Source of the DNA: the human T2T-CHM13v2.0 reference genome, Homo sapiens
Length of the DNA: 64,000 bases
NCBI RefSeq assembly: GCF_009914755.1
Contig: NC_060948.1
Reading direction: 5' to 3' (one strand)
The notes under the pieces are model-generated. The model made no database searches and was not told the origin of the DNA. It worked only from the letters and a program-made list of their open reading frames with translations. Shown piece by piece: positions 47,855 through 64,000 of this stretch (its first letter is position 1; each line of letters begins with the position of its first letter). A program made the position numbers and the translations under genes.

Positions 47855-48635
47855 TTTTATTTTACTTTAAGTTCTGGGGTATGTGTGCAGAACGGGCAGG
47901 TTTGTTACATACGTATACACATGCCATGGTGGTTTTCTGCACCCATCAACCCATCATCTACATTAGGTATTTTTCCTAATGCTCTCCCTCCCCTATCCCC
48001 CCACCCCCTGACAGGCCCTGGTGTGTGATGTTCCCCTCCCTGTGTCCATGTGTTCTCATTGTTCGACTCCCACTTATGAGTGACAACATGCGGTGTTTGG
48101 TTTTCTGTTTCTGTGTTAGTTTGCTGAGAATGATGGTTTCCAGCTTCATCCATGTCCCTGCAAAGGACATGAACTCCTCCTTTTTGATGGCTGCATAGTA
48201 TTCCATGGTGTCTCTGTGCCACGTTTTCTTTCTCCAGTCTATTATTGATGGGCATTTGGGTTGGTTCCAAATCTTTGCTGTTGTGAATAGTGCCGCAATA
48301 AACATACGTGTGCATGTGTCTTTATAGCAGGATGATTTATAATCCTTTGGGTATATACCCAGTGATGGGATGGCTGGGTCAAATGGTATTTCTGGTTCTA
48401 GATCCCTGAGGAATCGCCACACTGTCTTCCATAATGGTTGAACTAGTTTACAGTCCCACCAACAGTGTAAAAGTGTTCCTATTTCTCCACATCCTCTCCA
48501 GCACCTGTTGTTTCCTGACTTTTTAATGATCGCCCTTCTAACTGGTGTGAGGTGGTATCTCATTGTGGTTTTGATTTGCATTTCTCTGATGACCAGTGAT
48601 GATGAGCTTTTTTTTCACATGTTTGTTTGGCCAAC
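47855..48635 (-). mobile_element. 5'-truncated L1PA
   Basis: [41 protein letters not shown] is the L1 ORF2 C-terminal Cys-rich region; followed by 3'UTR. Confidence 0.96.
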
Positions 48636-48730
48636 TTTTTGATATGTTTAGATATTAGGACCAAGATATCTTCTTCTTCTTATTATTATTTGAGATGGAG
48701 TCTCGCTCTGTTGCCCAGGCTGGAGTTTAA

Positions 48731-49757
<1,027 letters not shown>

Positions 49758-50156
49758 CTGTCTCCACCAAGACCTTCAAATCCTTCCGGAGGCAGAGGGC
49801 CCTTGAGGATTCTCGGAGGCTTGAACGGAAATTCTCTACAAAGACCTTGCAAAGCCCTACCCAAGGCGGAGAAGATGAAATATCTGTTAATATGATTGTC
49901 ATGACAATGTTTTCAGAGATTCCTTCCTTTTGGCAGGATATTTACAGTATCTCAGTGTTCAGATTCCAACGAACGCTGTTTCTATCTGTGTCTTAATAAG
50001 CCCAGTTGCGCAGAAGGACGTGGCACCCAGAGAGAGCTTGATAAACGTTGGGTTTTTTGACTGTCCTTGGCATTTGATCTTTGACAGGCAAGCGGGCGTG
50101 CAGGTAGGTGGTGTCCACGGGGCGGCCAGCTCAGCAGTGATGCTTGTCCCGTGCTC

Positions 50157-51138
50157 AGCTGTGGCCTGAATGTCTGTGTTACCCAAATTCCTGTGTTGAA
50201 ATTGTCTCCCCATCCTTAGTTCAACCATTGTGGAAGACAGTGTGGTGATTCCTCAAGGATCTACAACCAGAAATATCATTTGACCCAGCAATTTCATTAC
50301 TGGGTATATACCCAAAGGATTGTAAATCATTCTCCTATAAAGACACATGTGCACGTATGTTTTTGCGGCACTGTTCACAATAGCAAAGACTTGGAACCAA
50401 TCCAAATGCGCATCAATGACAGACTGGATGAAGAAAATGTGGCACATACACACCATGGAATACTATGCAGCCATGAAAAAGGATGAGTTCATGTCCTTTG
50501 CAGGGACATGGATGAAGCTGGAAACCATCATTCTCAGCAAATTCACACAGGAACAGAAAACCAAACACCGCATGTTCTCACCCATAAGTGGGAGTTGAAC
50601 AATGAGAACACATGGACACAGGGAGGGGAACATCACACACCAGGGCCTGTCAGGGGGTTGGGGGAAGGTGAGGGAGAGCATTAGGAGAAACACCTAATGT
50701 AGACGACGGGTTGATGGGTGCAGAAAACCACCATGGCACGTGTATACCTATGTAACCAACCTGCACGTTCTGCACATGTACCCCAGAACTTAAAGTATAA
50801 TAAAAAAAAAAAAAAGGAAAGAAATCCTCTCTCCAAAGTTGATGATATTGGGAGGTGGGGTCTTTGGGAGGTGAGGAGGTCATAGGGTTGGAGGCTCATG
50901 GCTGGGATGACTGCCCTTATAAAAGGGTCGCCGGGGAGGCCCCTTCCACCACGTGAGGGCACAGAGAGAAGGCGCTGTCTATGAAGCAGGAGGCCTTTCC
51001 ATACACACAGAACCCACCACACCTGGATCTTTGTCTTCCAGCCTCCAGAGCTCTGAGCGGTAAATGTCTGCGGTTTCTAAGTTAGCCCCTGTGTTCTGTT
51101 CTGGGATAGCCGCAGCCCCAGCCGGCTGGGGTAAGAGA
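50157..51138 (+). mobile_element. MLT1A-type MaLR LTR split by an L1PA
   Basis: ctgaatgtctgtgt..aaattcctgtgttgaa, then ggaggtggggtctttgggagg..gcccttataaaag..ccagcctccaga. Confidence 0.8.
50217..50815 (+). mobile_element. 5'-truncated L1PA with poly(A)
   Basis: tagttcaaccattgtggaagac...agaacttaaagtataataaaaa. Confidence 0.95.
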
Positions 51139-51157
51139 GATAAGAGACCACCTGTGG

Positions 51158-53932
51158 CCCCTCTCCCTGCAACCCCTTTCCCTGTGGGAGCAGGAGCTCC
51201 TTCCCTCTCCCTGCAGCCCCTTTCCCTGTGGGAGCAGGAGCTCCTTCCCTCTCCCTGCATCCCCTTTCCCTGTGGGAGTGAGAGCTCCTTCCCTCTCCCT
51301 GCATCCCCTTTCCCTGTGGGAGTGAGAGCTCCTTCCCTCTCCCTGCATCCCCTTTCCCTGTGGGAGTGAGAGCTCCTTCCCTCTCCCTGCATCCCCTTTC
51401 CCTGTGGGAGCAGGAGCTCCTTCCCTCTCCCTGCATCCCCTTTCCCTGTGGGAGCAGGAGCTCCTTCCCTCTCCCTGCAGCCCCTTTCCCTGTGGGAGCA
51501 GGAGCTCCTTCCCTCTCCCTGCATCCCCTTTCCCTGTGGGAGCAGGAGCTCCTTCCCTCTCCCTGCAGCCCCTTTCCCTGTGGGAGTGAGAGCTCCTTCC
51601 CTCTCCCTGCAGCCCCTTTCCCTGTGGGAGTGAGAGCTCCTTCCCTCTCCCTGCATCCCCTTTCCCTGTGGGAGCAGGAGCTCCTTCCCTCTCCCTGCAT
51701 CCCCTTTCCCTGTGGGAGCAGGAGCTCCTTCCCTCTCCCTGCAGCCCCTTTCCCTGTGGGAGCAGGAGCTCCTTCCCTCTCCCTGCATCCCCTTTCCCTG
51801 TGGGAGTGAGAGCTCCTTCCCTCTCCCTGCATCCCCTTTCCCTGTGGGAGTGAGAGCTCCTTCCCTCTCCCTGCATCCCCTTTCCCTGTGGGAGTGAGAG
51901 CTCCTTCCCTCTCCCTGCATCCCCTTTCCCTGTGGGAGCAGGAGCTCCTTCCCTCTCCCTGCATCCCCTTTCCCTGTGGGAGTGAGAGCTCCTTCCCTCT
52001 CCCTGCAGCCCCTTTCCCTGTGGGAGCAGGAGCTCCTTCCCTCTGCCTGCATCCCCTTTCCCTGTGGGAGTGAGAGCTCCTTCCCTCTCCCTGCAGCCCC
52101 TTTCCCTGTGGGAGTGAGAGCTCCTTCCCTCTCCCTGCATCCCCTTTCCCTGTGGGAGTGAGAGCTCCTTCCCTCTCCCTGCAGCCCCTTTCCCTGTGGG
52201 AGCAGGAGCTCCTTCCCTCTCCCTGCAGCCCCTTTCCCTGTGGGAGTGAGAGCTCCTTCCCTCTCCCTGCATCCCCTTTCCCTGTGGGAGTGAGAGCTCC
52301 TTCCCTCTCCCTGCAGCCCCTTTCCCTGTGGGAGTGAGAGCTCCTTCCCTCTCCCTGCATCCCCTTTCCCTGTGGGAGTGAGAGCTCCTTCCCTCTCCCT
52401 GCAGCCCCTTTCCCTGTGGGAGCAGGAGCTCCTTCCCTCTCCCTGCATCCCCTTTCCCTGTGGGAGTGAGAGCTCCTTCCCTCTCCCTGCATCCCCTTTC
52501 CCTGTGGGAGTGAGAGCTCCTTCCCTCTCCCTGCAGCCCCTTTCCCTGTGGGAGCAGGAGCTCCTTCCCTCTCCCTGCATCCCCTTTCCCTGTGGGAGTG
52601 AGAGCTCCTTCCCTCTCCCTGCAGCCCCTTTCCCTGTGGGAGTGAGAGCTCCTTCCCTCTCCCTGCATCCCCTTTCCCTGTGGGAGCAGGAGCTCCTTCC
52701 CTCTCCCTGCAGCCCCTTTCCCTGTGGGAGCAGGAGCTCCTTCCCTCTCCCTGCATCCCCTTTCCCTGTGGGAGTGAGAGCTCCTTCCCTCTCCCTGCAT
52801 CCCCTTTCCCTGTGGGAGTGAGAGCTCCTTCCCTCTCCCTGCAGCCCCTTTCCCTGTGGGAGCAGGAGCTCCTTCCCTCTCCCTGCATCCCCTTTCCCTG
52901 TGGGAGTGAGAGCTCCTTCCCTCTCCCTGCATCCCCTTTCCCTGTGGGAGTGAGAGCTCCTTCCCTCTCCCTGCAGCCCCTTTCCCTGTGGGAGTGAGAG
53001 CTCCTTCCCTCTCCCTGCATCCCCTTTCCCTGTGGGAGTGAGAGCTCCTTCCCTCTCCCTGCAGCCCCTTTCCCTGTGGGAGCAGGAGCTCCTTCCCTCT
53101 CCCTGCATCCCCTTTCCCTGTGGGAGTGAAAGCTCCTTCCCTCTCCCTGCATCCCCTTTCCCTGTGGGAGTGAGAGCTCCTTCCCTCTCCCTGCAGCCCC
53201 TTTCCCTGTGGGAGCAGGAGCTCCTTCCCTCTCCCTGCATCCCCTTTCCCTGTGGGAGTGAGAGCTCCTTCCCTCTCCCTGCATCCCCTTTCCCTGTGGG
53301 AGTGAGAGCTCCTTCCCTCTCCCTGCAGCCCCTTTCCCTGTGGGAGTGAGAGCTCCTTCCCTCTCCCTGCATCCCCTTTCCCTGTGGGAGCAGGAGCTCC
53401 TTCCCTCTCCCTGCATCCCCTTTCCCTGTGGGAGCAGGAGCTCCTTCCCTCTCCCTGCATCCCCTTTCCCTGTGGGAGTGAGAGCTCCTTCCCTCTCCCT
53501 GCATCCCCTTTCCCTGTGGGAGTGAGAGCTCCTTCCCTCTCCCTGCAGCCCCTTTCCCTGTGGGAGCAGGAGCTCCTTCCCTCTCCCTGCATCCCCTTTC
53601 CCTGTGGGAGTGAGAGCTCCTTCCCTCTCCCTGCATCCCCTTTCCCTGTGGGAGTGAGAGCTCCTTCCCTCTCCCTGCAGCCCCTTTCCCTGTGGGAGTG
53701 AGAGCTCCTTCCCTCTCCCTGCATCCCCTTTCCCTGTGGGAGCAGGAGCTCCTTCCCTCTCCCTGCATCCCCTTTCCCTGTGGGAGCAGGAGCTCCTTCC
53801 CTCTCCCTGCATCCCCTTTCCCTGTGGGAGTGAGAGCTCCTTCCCTCTCCCTGCATCCCCTTTCCCTGTGGGAGCAGGAGCTCCTTCCCTCTCCCTGCAT
53901 CCCCTTTCCCTGTGGGAGCAGGAGCTCCTTCC
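51158..53932. repeat. 44-bp VNTR, about 63 near-identical copies
   Basis: (cctgtgggag[cag/tga]gagctccttccctctccctgca[t/g]cccctttc)n. Confidence 0.98.
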
Positions 53933-54019
53933 TCCACTGAAGAGATGAAGGGTCTCCACTCTGGCTTTTAGCAGGGGCAGAGGTTGCAGGTTCTGTGGGG
54001 GCTGCAGACTGGACTGTGC

Positions 54020-54535
54020 CTCTCTCTCTCTCTTTTTCTCTTCTCTGCATTTTCCCTCGCTTCTCTCTCTTTCTTTCTCTTCTCTCTGTTTTTTTCCTCT
54101 TTTTTTCTCTCCCCGTCTCTCCTCTTCCTCTCTCTCTCTCTCTCACGTCTCCGTGTTTCTCCCCCTCTTTCTCTCTGTCTCTCTTCTGTCTGTTTCATTC
54201 CTTTTTTCTCTCTGTGCCTGTCTCTCTCCTCTTCCTCTCCCTGTCTCTCTCCCCCTCTCTGTCTGTGTTTCTGCCCCTCTCTTTCTCTCTTCTCTCTGTT
54301 TTTTTCCTCTTTTTCTCTCCCCTTCTCTCTTCTCTTCCTCTCCGTCTGCCTCTGTCCCTCCCCTCTCTTTCTTCCTCTCCCTCTCTCTTCTCTCTCTCTC
54401 CCCTCTCCTCTTTCCTTTCTCTGTTTCATTCCTCTCTTTTCTCTCTCTTCTCTCCCTCTCCCTTCTCCCCCCTCCTCTCACTGCATCCCAATCCTTTCCT
54501 GGCCGTCCTCTCGCCCTCCTTCGCCTCCTCCTCTC
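54020..54535. repeat. Pyrimidine-rich (TC)n low complexity
   Basis: Degenerate tctc/tttc. Confidence 0.9.
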
Positions 54536-54877
54536 CTGGAGGGTCCTACATTCTACTCCTGGCTCTTTCCTTCTCACTCTAGGTTCTCCCAGGGACTTCA
54601 TCCACACCTATAATCTCATCCACCATCTCAATTCCTACGTCTGTGTTTTCACCCGGGAGCAGGGCTCAGCCAATCTTTTATTATTATCATTATTATTTTA
54701 AATAAAGGACTAGATGGTAAGAAAAAATACTGTGCATGTGGGTGCTGGATCTTTGCTGTCCTCATGGCCCCTGGTCCGTGAGGTTGCCCCTAAAACATAT
54801 TTAAGAGAGTATCTCTGAAGTGTCTTCCTACCCTCATTAAATCTCTCATACACGGTCACCTCCCGGGATAAGACGCC

Positions 54878-56002
<1,125 letters not shown>

Positions 56003-56569
56003 TCGTGTCCTGTATCAGCCAATGCTGGATTTCAGGTAGGCGGCTGGATTGAAAGATGGATAAATGAATAAGTGGGTGAGTGATTGACATCAGGGACCAG
56101 TTGGGGTGGGAGGTGAAGGGGCTTAACCCTCCATCCTCCACCTCAGCCTGTATAATATTATTTTATTCTTCTAAGGTAACATGAGTTTCTCTCTTTGGGG
56201 TTTATCTCTTTTAAAGTTTTGATGTATGTACGCTTTCTCCATCTTGCTGTCTTTGTTCACCTCTAACAATGTATTTTGTTCGATATAAGGTGCTTTGGTG
56301 TTTCGTTGTATTTTTTTAAGTTTGATTCTCCCTTTTCCATTTTTCTGTCTCCATGGCGGAGTCCCGGGACCTCCCCAGGGACGGGCGAGTCACAATATCT
56401 GTGGCCGACGGGCCCATCTGTCTTCCTCTCCTGCGTTTTTCAACGATGGTCCATTATGCAAACGATCCTGGCCAGAGACAAGGAATAATATCAGATAAGG
56501 GAGAATTACAATGCCATAAATAGAAGAAGGCTTTTTTTTTTTTTTTGGAATATAAACTTGATCATTTTT

Positions 56570-56868
56570 TTTAAATTTTATTATTATTATATTTTAAGTT
56601 TTAGGGTACATGTGCACAACGTGCAGGTTTCTTACATATGTATACATGTGCCATGTGTTTTTTGTAACATGGTAATACTCTCTTAGAGAAAGGACCACAC
56701 TCCCTTTATTCGTTTTTCCCTGGTATGTTATTAGTTTTTGTTTCTTTTTTTTTTTTTTAATTTTACTTTAAGTTCTGGGATACATATGCAGAACGTGCAG
56801 GTTTGTTACATAGGTATATACACGTGCCACGGTGGTTGGCTGCACCCATCCACCCGTCATCTACATTA
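56570..56868 (-). mobile_element. Two short L1PA 3'-end fragments
   Basis: ttttagggtacatgtgcacaacgtgcagg (56600) and ttctgggatacatatgcagaacgtgcagg (56773). Confidence 0.85.
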
Positions 56869-56965
56869 GTAGCTGAGATTACAGGTGCCCGCCACCATGC
56901 CCGGCTAATTGTTGTATTTTCAGTGGAGACAGGGTTTCACTATGTTGGCCAGGCTGCTCTTGAAC

Positions 56966-57261
<296 letters not shown>

Positions 57262-58171
57262 TTATTTGCAGGTGACAGAGGGATTCAGAAGGGTCACCTG
57301 GCCACTTTTGAACAAGAATCCTGAGAAATCTACCCAGTCTGGATGGCCGGCAGCTCAGGAGGGTGAAACTCCAATGGTGTTGGAAAAGCTGAATAATTTT
57401 TTTTTTTTAGGCACAAAGACTGAACTATCTCATGCATTCTTGTAACACCTTGGAAGATGACTTTCCAGCCACGTTCTGTTATTAGAAAATAAATTAGAAA
57501 AATTCTTGGTGAGTGTTTCTATGTATTCCAGGCTACACCTCCCTACCCGCCCCCCCTTTTTTTTTTTAAAGCCAGCGTGACTCTGACCTTTGGTAACCTC
57601 ACATTCTTTGCTCAAAAACATGTGATATGAACACAGATGGCTTTCATGCCAACCTAAGTGGTATCATATGCCTCCCTGAAGCCCCCGGCTCCGGCCAGCC
57701 AATTTGCACTTTTTTGCCGCTGAGGAATTGGTACGACGTGCAAACAATTCTGCCTTATCAAAAGCAGGACACCTTTTAAACTCTGTGCAAAGTCCTCAAA
57801 TTGGCTTGATGAATAGCTTGGACACGCACCCACACACAGGATGTTTTGACTTGTGGGTTTAGCCTTGGGATCTGGAGGTTTTGATTTCACCTCAGCTGAC
57901 ATGAACCAGAGACGGTGGGCTGAGAAAGGAATCGCTCTTCTGAAAATGAGGCATTTCCAGAGCTCAAAGGGAAGGGAAAAGGAAGTCAGTGTCTTCCCTG
58001 GTTGACGAAGTATGGGAGGTTTCTTTTTCTTTAGGAGTACCTTTCCTCAGGCCTCCCCCGATATTATGGGACATTTGCGGACCTGGATTTTTCTGGACAG
58101 AATTTATCTCAGTGTGGCTGTGATTGACAATGAGAGTCTAAACACAAATAAGTAGAAATATCTTAAACTTA

Positions 58172-59058
58172 AAGAACTTAAACAAATTGACAAGAAAAAA
58201 AACAACCCATCAAAAAGTGGGCAAAGGATATGAACAGACACTTCTCAAAAGAAGACATTTATGCAGCCAACAAACCTATAAAAAAAATGCTCACCATCAC
58301 TGGCCATCAGAGAAATGCAAATCAAAACCACGATGAGATACCATCTCACGCCAGTTAGAATACGATCAGTAAAAAGTGGGGAAACAACAGGTGCTGGAGA
58401 GGATGTGGAGAAATAGGAACGCTTTTACACCGTTGGTGGGACTGTAAACTAGTTCAACCATTGTGGAAGACAGTGTGGCGATTCCTCAGGGATCTAGAAC
58501 CAGAAATACCATTTGACCCAGCCATCCCATTACTGGGTATATACCCAAAGGAGTATAAATCATGCTGCTATAAAGACACATGCACACGTATGTTTATTGC
58601 AGCACTATTCACAATAGCAAAGACTTGGAACCAACCCAAATGTCCATCAGCGATAGACTGGATGAAGAAAATGTGGCACATACACACCATGGAATACTAT
58701 GCAGCCATCAAAAAGGATGAGTTCATGTCCTTTGCAGGGACATGGATGAAGCTGGAAACCACCATTGTCAGCAAACTGTCGCAAGGACAGAAAACCAAAC
58801 ACTGCATGTTCTCCTTCATAAGTGGGAGTTGAACAATGAGAACACATGGACACAGGGAGGGGAACATCACACACCAGGGCCTGTCGGGGGCTGGGGGAGC
58901 TAGGGGAGGGAGAGCATTAGGACAAATACCTAATGTAGATGACGGGTTGATGGGTGCAGCAAACCACCATGGCACGTGTACACCTACGTAACAAACCTGC
59001 CCGTTCTCCACATGTACCCAGAACGTAAAGTATAATTTAAAAAATAAATAAAAATAAA
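58172..59058 (+). mobile_element. 5'-truncated L1PA
   Basis: aagaacttaaacaaatt..gaacagacacttctcaaaagaagac; ORF2 C-terminus and 3'UTR. Confidence 0.96.
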
Positions 59059-59269
59059 TTTATCAACTGTCCTTTCTTCTCCAACTGGCAGAGCACCTTC
59101 CCTTTCTGTTGCATTTTTTTCCTCATCTTTCTGCAAGAATTCTCTCTTCCAGGAACAAGCCCTCTTTGGCAGTGGAGCTCTGGGGCCATTCTTATCCAGA
59201 ACAGACATGCCTGGGCAACTAGACATAGAGAAATTATGAGTTTTTTATTTTATTTCATGGACTATTTAT

Positions 59270-59560
59270 TTATTTTTTAGAGACAAAGTCTTGCTCTGTT
59301 TCTCAGGCTGGAGTGCAGTGGTACAATCAAAGCTCATGGCAGCCTCAACCCCCTGGGCTCAAGGGAATCCTCCTGCCTCAGCCTCCCAAGTAGCTGGGAC
59401 CACAGGCACCCACCACCACGCCTGACTAATTTTTTGTATTTTTAGTAGAGACGGGGTTTCACTGTGTTAGCCAGGATGGTCTCGATCTCCTGACCTCATG
59501 ATCCGCCTGCCTCGGCCTCCTAAAGTGCTGGGATGACAGGCATCAGCCATCACACCCAGC
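59270..59560 (-). mobile_element. Alu (J-like right arm, Y/Sc-like left arm)
   Basis: cctgggctcaagggaatcctcc together with gtgttagccaggatggtctcgatc. Confidence 0.8.
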
Positions 59561-59687
59561 TCAATTTTTTATTTTGAATGAGAGAGCAAAGTAGGATTGT
59601 GAGTGAGGTTCTATTTTGCCATAAGAGGAAAAGAAAACATACCTCCAGGGATAATCACCCTCATTCCATAGGAGAAAGTCATTTTAG

Positions 59688-59930
59688 GTCGAGCTTGATG
59701 GCTCATGCCTGTCATCCCAGCACTTTGGGAGGCTGAGATGAGTGTTCAGGGGTTGTAGACCAGTCTGGGCAACATGGTGAAACCCCATCTCTACTAAAAT
59801 ACAAAACATCAGCCAGGTGTGGTGGTGCATGCCTGTAATCCCAGCTACTCAGGAGGCTGAGGCATGTGAATTGCTTGAGCCCAGGAGGTGGAGGTTGCAG
59901 TTAGCAGAGATCGCACCACTGCACAGCCTG
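59688..59930 (+). mobile_element. Degenerate, 3'-truncated Alu
   Basis: gctcatgcctgtcatcccagcactttgggagg...gcaccactgcac. Confidence 0.8.
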
Positions 59931-60060
59931 CTTGGCTGTTTTATTCTCTGCAGCTCCTCTGGTCCTGGTGGGTTCATTTCTTTGCTCCCATCTCAGTGAG
60001 ATCTGGGGAAGGAGCAGGTTGAACACCTGGATCCAAACAGCCAGGCTTAGCAAAAGTCTG

Positions 60061-60088
60061 TCTTTCTTTCTTTTCTTTTCCTTCTTTC

Positions 60089-60146
<58 letters not shown>

Positions 60147-60770
60147 CTTTCTTTCTTTTCTTTCTTTCTCTTTCTTTCTTTTCTTTCTTTCTCTTTCTTT
60201 CTTTCTTTCTTTCTTTCCTTTCTTTCTCTTTTTTCTTTCTTTCTTTCTTTCTTGCTTTCTCTTTCTTTCTTTTTCTTTCTTTTCTTTCTCTTTCTTTCTT
60301 TTCTTTCTTTCTCTTTCTTTCTTTTCTTTCTTTCTTTCTTTCTCTTTTTTCTTTCTTTCTTGCTTGCTTTCTCTTTCTTTCTCTTTCTTTCTTTCCTTTC
60401 TTTCTTTCTTTCTTTCTTTCCTTTCTTTCTCTTTTTTCTTTCTTTCTTTCTTGCTTGCTTTCTCTTTCTTTTCTTTCTTTCTCTTTCTTTCTTTTTCCTT
60501 TCTTCCTTCCTTTTTTCCTTCCTTCCTTTCTTCCCTTCTTTCTTTCTTTCTCTTTTTTCTTTCTTTCTTTCTTGCTTGCTTGCTTTCTCTTTCTTTCTTT
60601 CTTTTCTTTCTTTTTCCTTTCTTCCTTCCTTTCTTTTTTCCTTCCTTCCTTTCTTCCCTTCTTTCTTCCCTTCTTTCTTTCTTCTTTCTTTCTTTCTTTC
60701 TTTCTTTCAGAAAAACTTTCTTTCTTTCTTTCCTTCCTTCCTTCCTTTCTGTTTTCTTTCTCTTCTTTTT
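60061..60770. repeat. (TTTC)n/(TTCC)n compound microsatellite at the retrocopy poly(A) position
   Basis: ~700-bp pyrimidine tract abutting the FABP5 3' end. Confidence 0.93.
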
Positions 60771-60852
60771 GGCACAAACACATTTATTTATTTACTTTTA
60801 ATAATAAATAAACACATTTATTTATTATTTACTTATTTTTGTAAATAAGTAA

Positions 60853-61142
<290 letters not shown>

Positions 61143-61329
61143 ACACATTTATTTATTAACCAAAGGGATGATCCTAATTAATCCAACACTTTGAAATAGC
61201 TGCATGGAAAATGGTTGTGATAAAGATAATTGAACACAGTAATGAAAAAAGAAGCACTATGCAGATTTGCTTCATTGGACTGAGCATGTTTATTCTCGTA
61301 GTTAATTCCTGTCCAAAGTAATGATGCGA

Positions 61330-61632
61330 TTTTTATTTATTTTATTTTATTTTATTTATTTATTTTTTTGAGATGGAGTCTCACTCTGTTGCCCAGGCTG
61401 GAGTGCAATGGCAGGATCTCGGCTCACTGCAACCTCCACCTCTCCTGCCTCAGCCTCCCGAGTAGCTGGGACTACAGGCGCCCGCCACCACACCCGGCTC
61501 ATTTTTGTATTCTTAGCAGAGACGGGGTTTCACCATGTTGGTCAGGCTGCTCTCAAACTCCTGATCTCATGATTTGCCCACCTCAGCCTCCCAAAGTGCT
61601 GGGATGACAGGCCTGAGCCACCGCACCTGACC
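61330..61632 (-). mobile_element. AluS inserted in the pseudogene 3'UTR
   Basis: TSD atgatgc at 61321 and 61633. Confidence 0.9.
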
Positions 61633-62122
61633 ATGATGCTGGGATTTTGATTCTACTTGTTCATAGATGTGAGTAGAGGTGACTTTGCTCATCACACAGT
61701 CCGACACTAATTTCCCATCTTTTGGTTTTCTTGTTAGTCTGAGTTTTTCTGTCCTCACTTGTGGTTTCTTCAAACTTCTCTCCCAGGGTACAGGAACACT
61801 GTCTTCTCAAAGTGCCCTCAGTTTTTCTGGTGAGACTTTTGCCATCACAAGTCACGATACAATCTGGTTCGGCCATTGAGTCCGTTTTTCCCAAAGCGAT
61901 TCAGACTCCTAGTTCCTTCACGTATTCATCAAAGCGTTTGCTGTCCACCAGGTGCCATCTTCCTTCCGGCTGTTGGATGGGGGCCAATTCCTTAGAAGGG
62001 CGGGGGTCTCGGAGAGATGGATGAGGCTTCCTGGAGAAAGGTGGGTTGGCCCTGACCTGAAGGGAGGGTGCAGCCTGGGGCAGGGGAAGGGGTCCATGCT
62101 GGGTGCATCCATGCAGAGATAA

Positions 62123-62533
<411 letters not shown>

Positions 62534-62644
62534 TGATCGTACCTCCATTTAGAATTGGAACGTGTCTGTGGAAACCAATCCACAAACACAGACAAAAATG
62601 AGGAAGAACTTACGGGATTTGCTAAAGTTTTAACGTACGGGTGC

Positions 62645-63945
<1,301 letters not shown>

Positions 63946-64000
63946 ACTTAAAGAAAGAAAAGGAACGAAGGAAGGAAGGAAAGAAGGAAGGAAGGAAAGA

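Noticed and set aside
47976-48581. 201-aa ORF with a Cys-rich motif (also 5396-5767, 50347-50598, 58461-58832)
   Set aside because: L1 ORF2 C-terminal remnants of 5'-truncated elements, not host genes.
50979-54146. 950-1055-aa minus-strand ORFs
   Set aside because: The 44-bp unit lacks stops on that strand, and all three frames give the same cyclic peptide.
58905-58925. gggagagcattagg in three L1 copies as evidence for TpA loss
   Set aside because: I recall this being the consensus state in older L1PA subfamilies, so it was excluded.
61648-61987. Functional FABP5-like retrogene
   Set aside because: Lost start codon, early stop, internal deletion with frameshift, and lost natural stop.

Overview
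Human (primate) non-coding DNA, saturated with Alus and tandem repeats. It is most likely pseudoautosomal region 1 (Xp22.33/Yp11.3), between PPP2R3B and SHOX. That placement rests on a minus-strand FABP5 processed pseudogene at 60771-61987 (I recall FABP5P13 being annotated there; unverified) and on the density of VNTRs and tandem MLT1 copies. No intact protein-coding or structural RNA gene is supported. The long ORFs in the track come from stop-free tandem repeats, Alus or L1 ORF2 remnants. Content: roughly 40 Alus, four L1PA 3' ends, L1MB and MIR fragments, and LTRs (LTR6, MER41, MER34, MER4A, MLT1A, tandem MLT1C). About 20 kb is tandem repeat: a 5.5-kb polypurine tract and 21-, 40-, 44-, 48/54-, 80- and 106-bp units. 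Several unique TAAT-rich islands look like conserved enhancers. I found no convincing new gene system. The strongest leads are: (1) recurrent, apparently independent loss of TpA steps at the same sites across many repeat copies; (2) an enhancer-like island sandwiched between two arrays of one CTAATGG-bearing minisatellite; (3) a solo LTR6 in the loop of a ~95-bp inverted repeat; (4) a triplicated module whose purine tract expanded to 5.5 kb in only one copy; (5) a 63-copy G-quadruplex VNTR with two binary variant sites. Repeat family names come from recalled consensus sequences and need RepeatMasker/Dfam confirmation.
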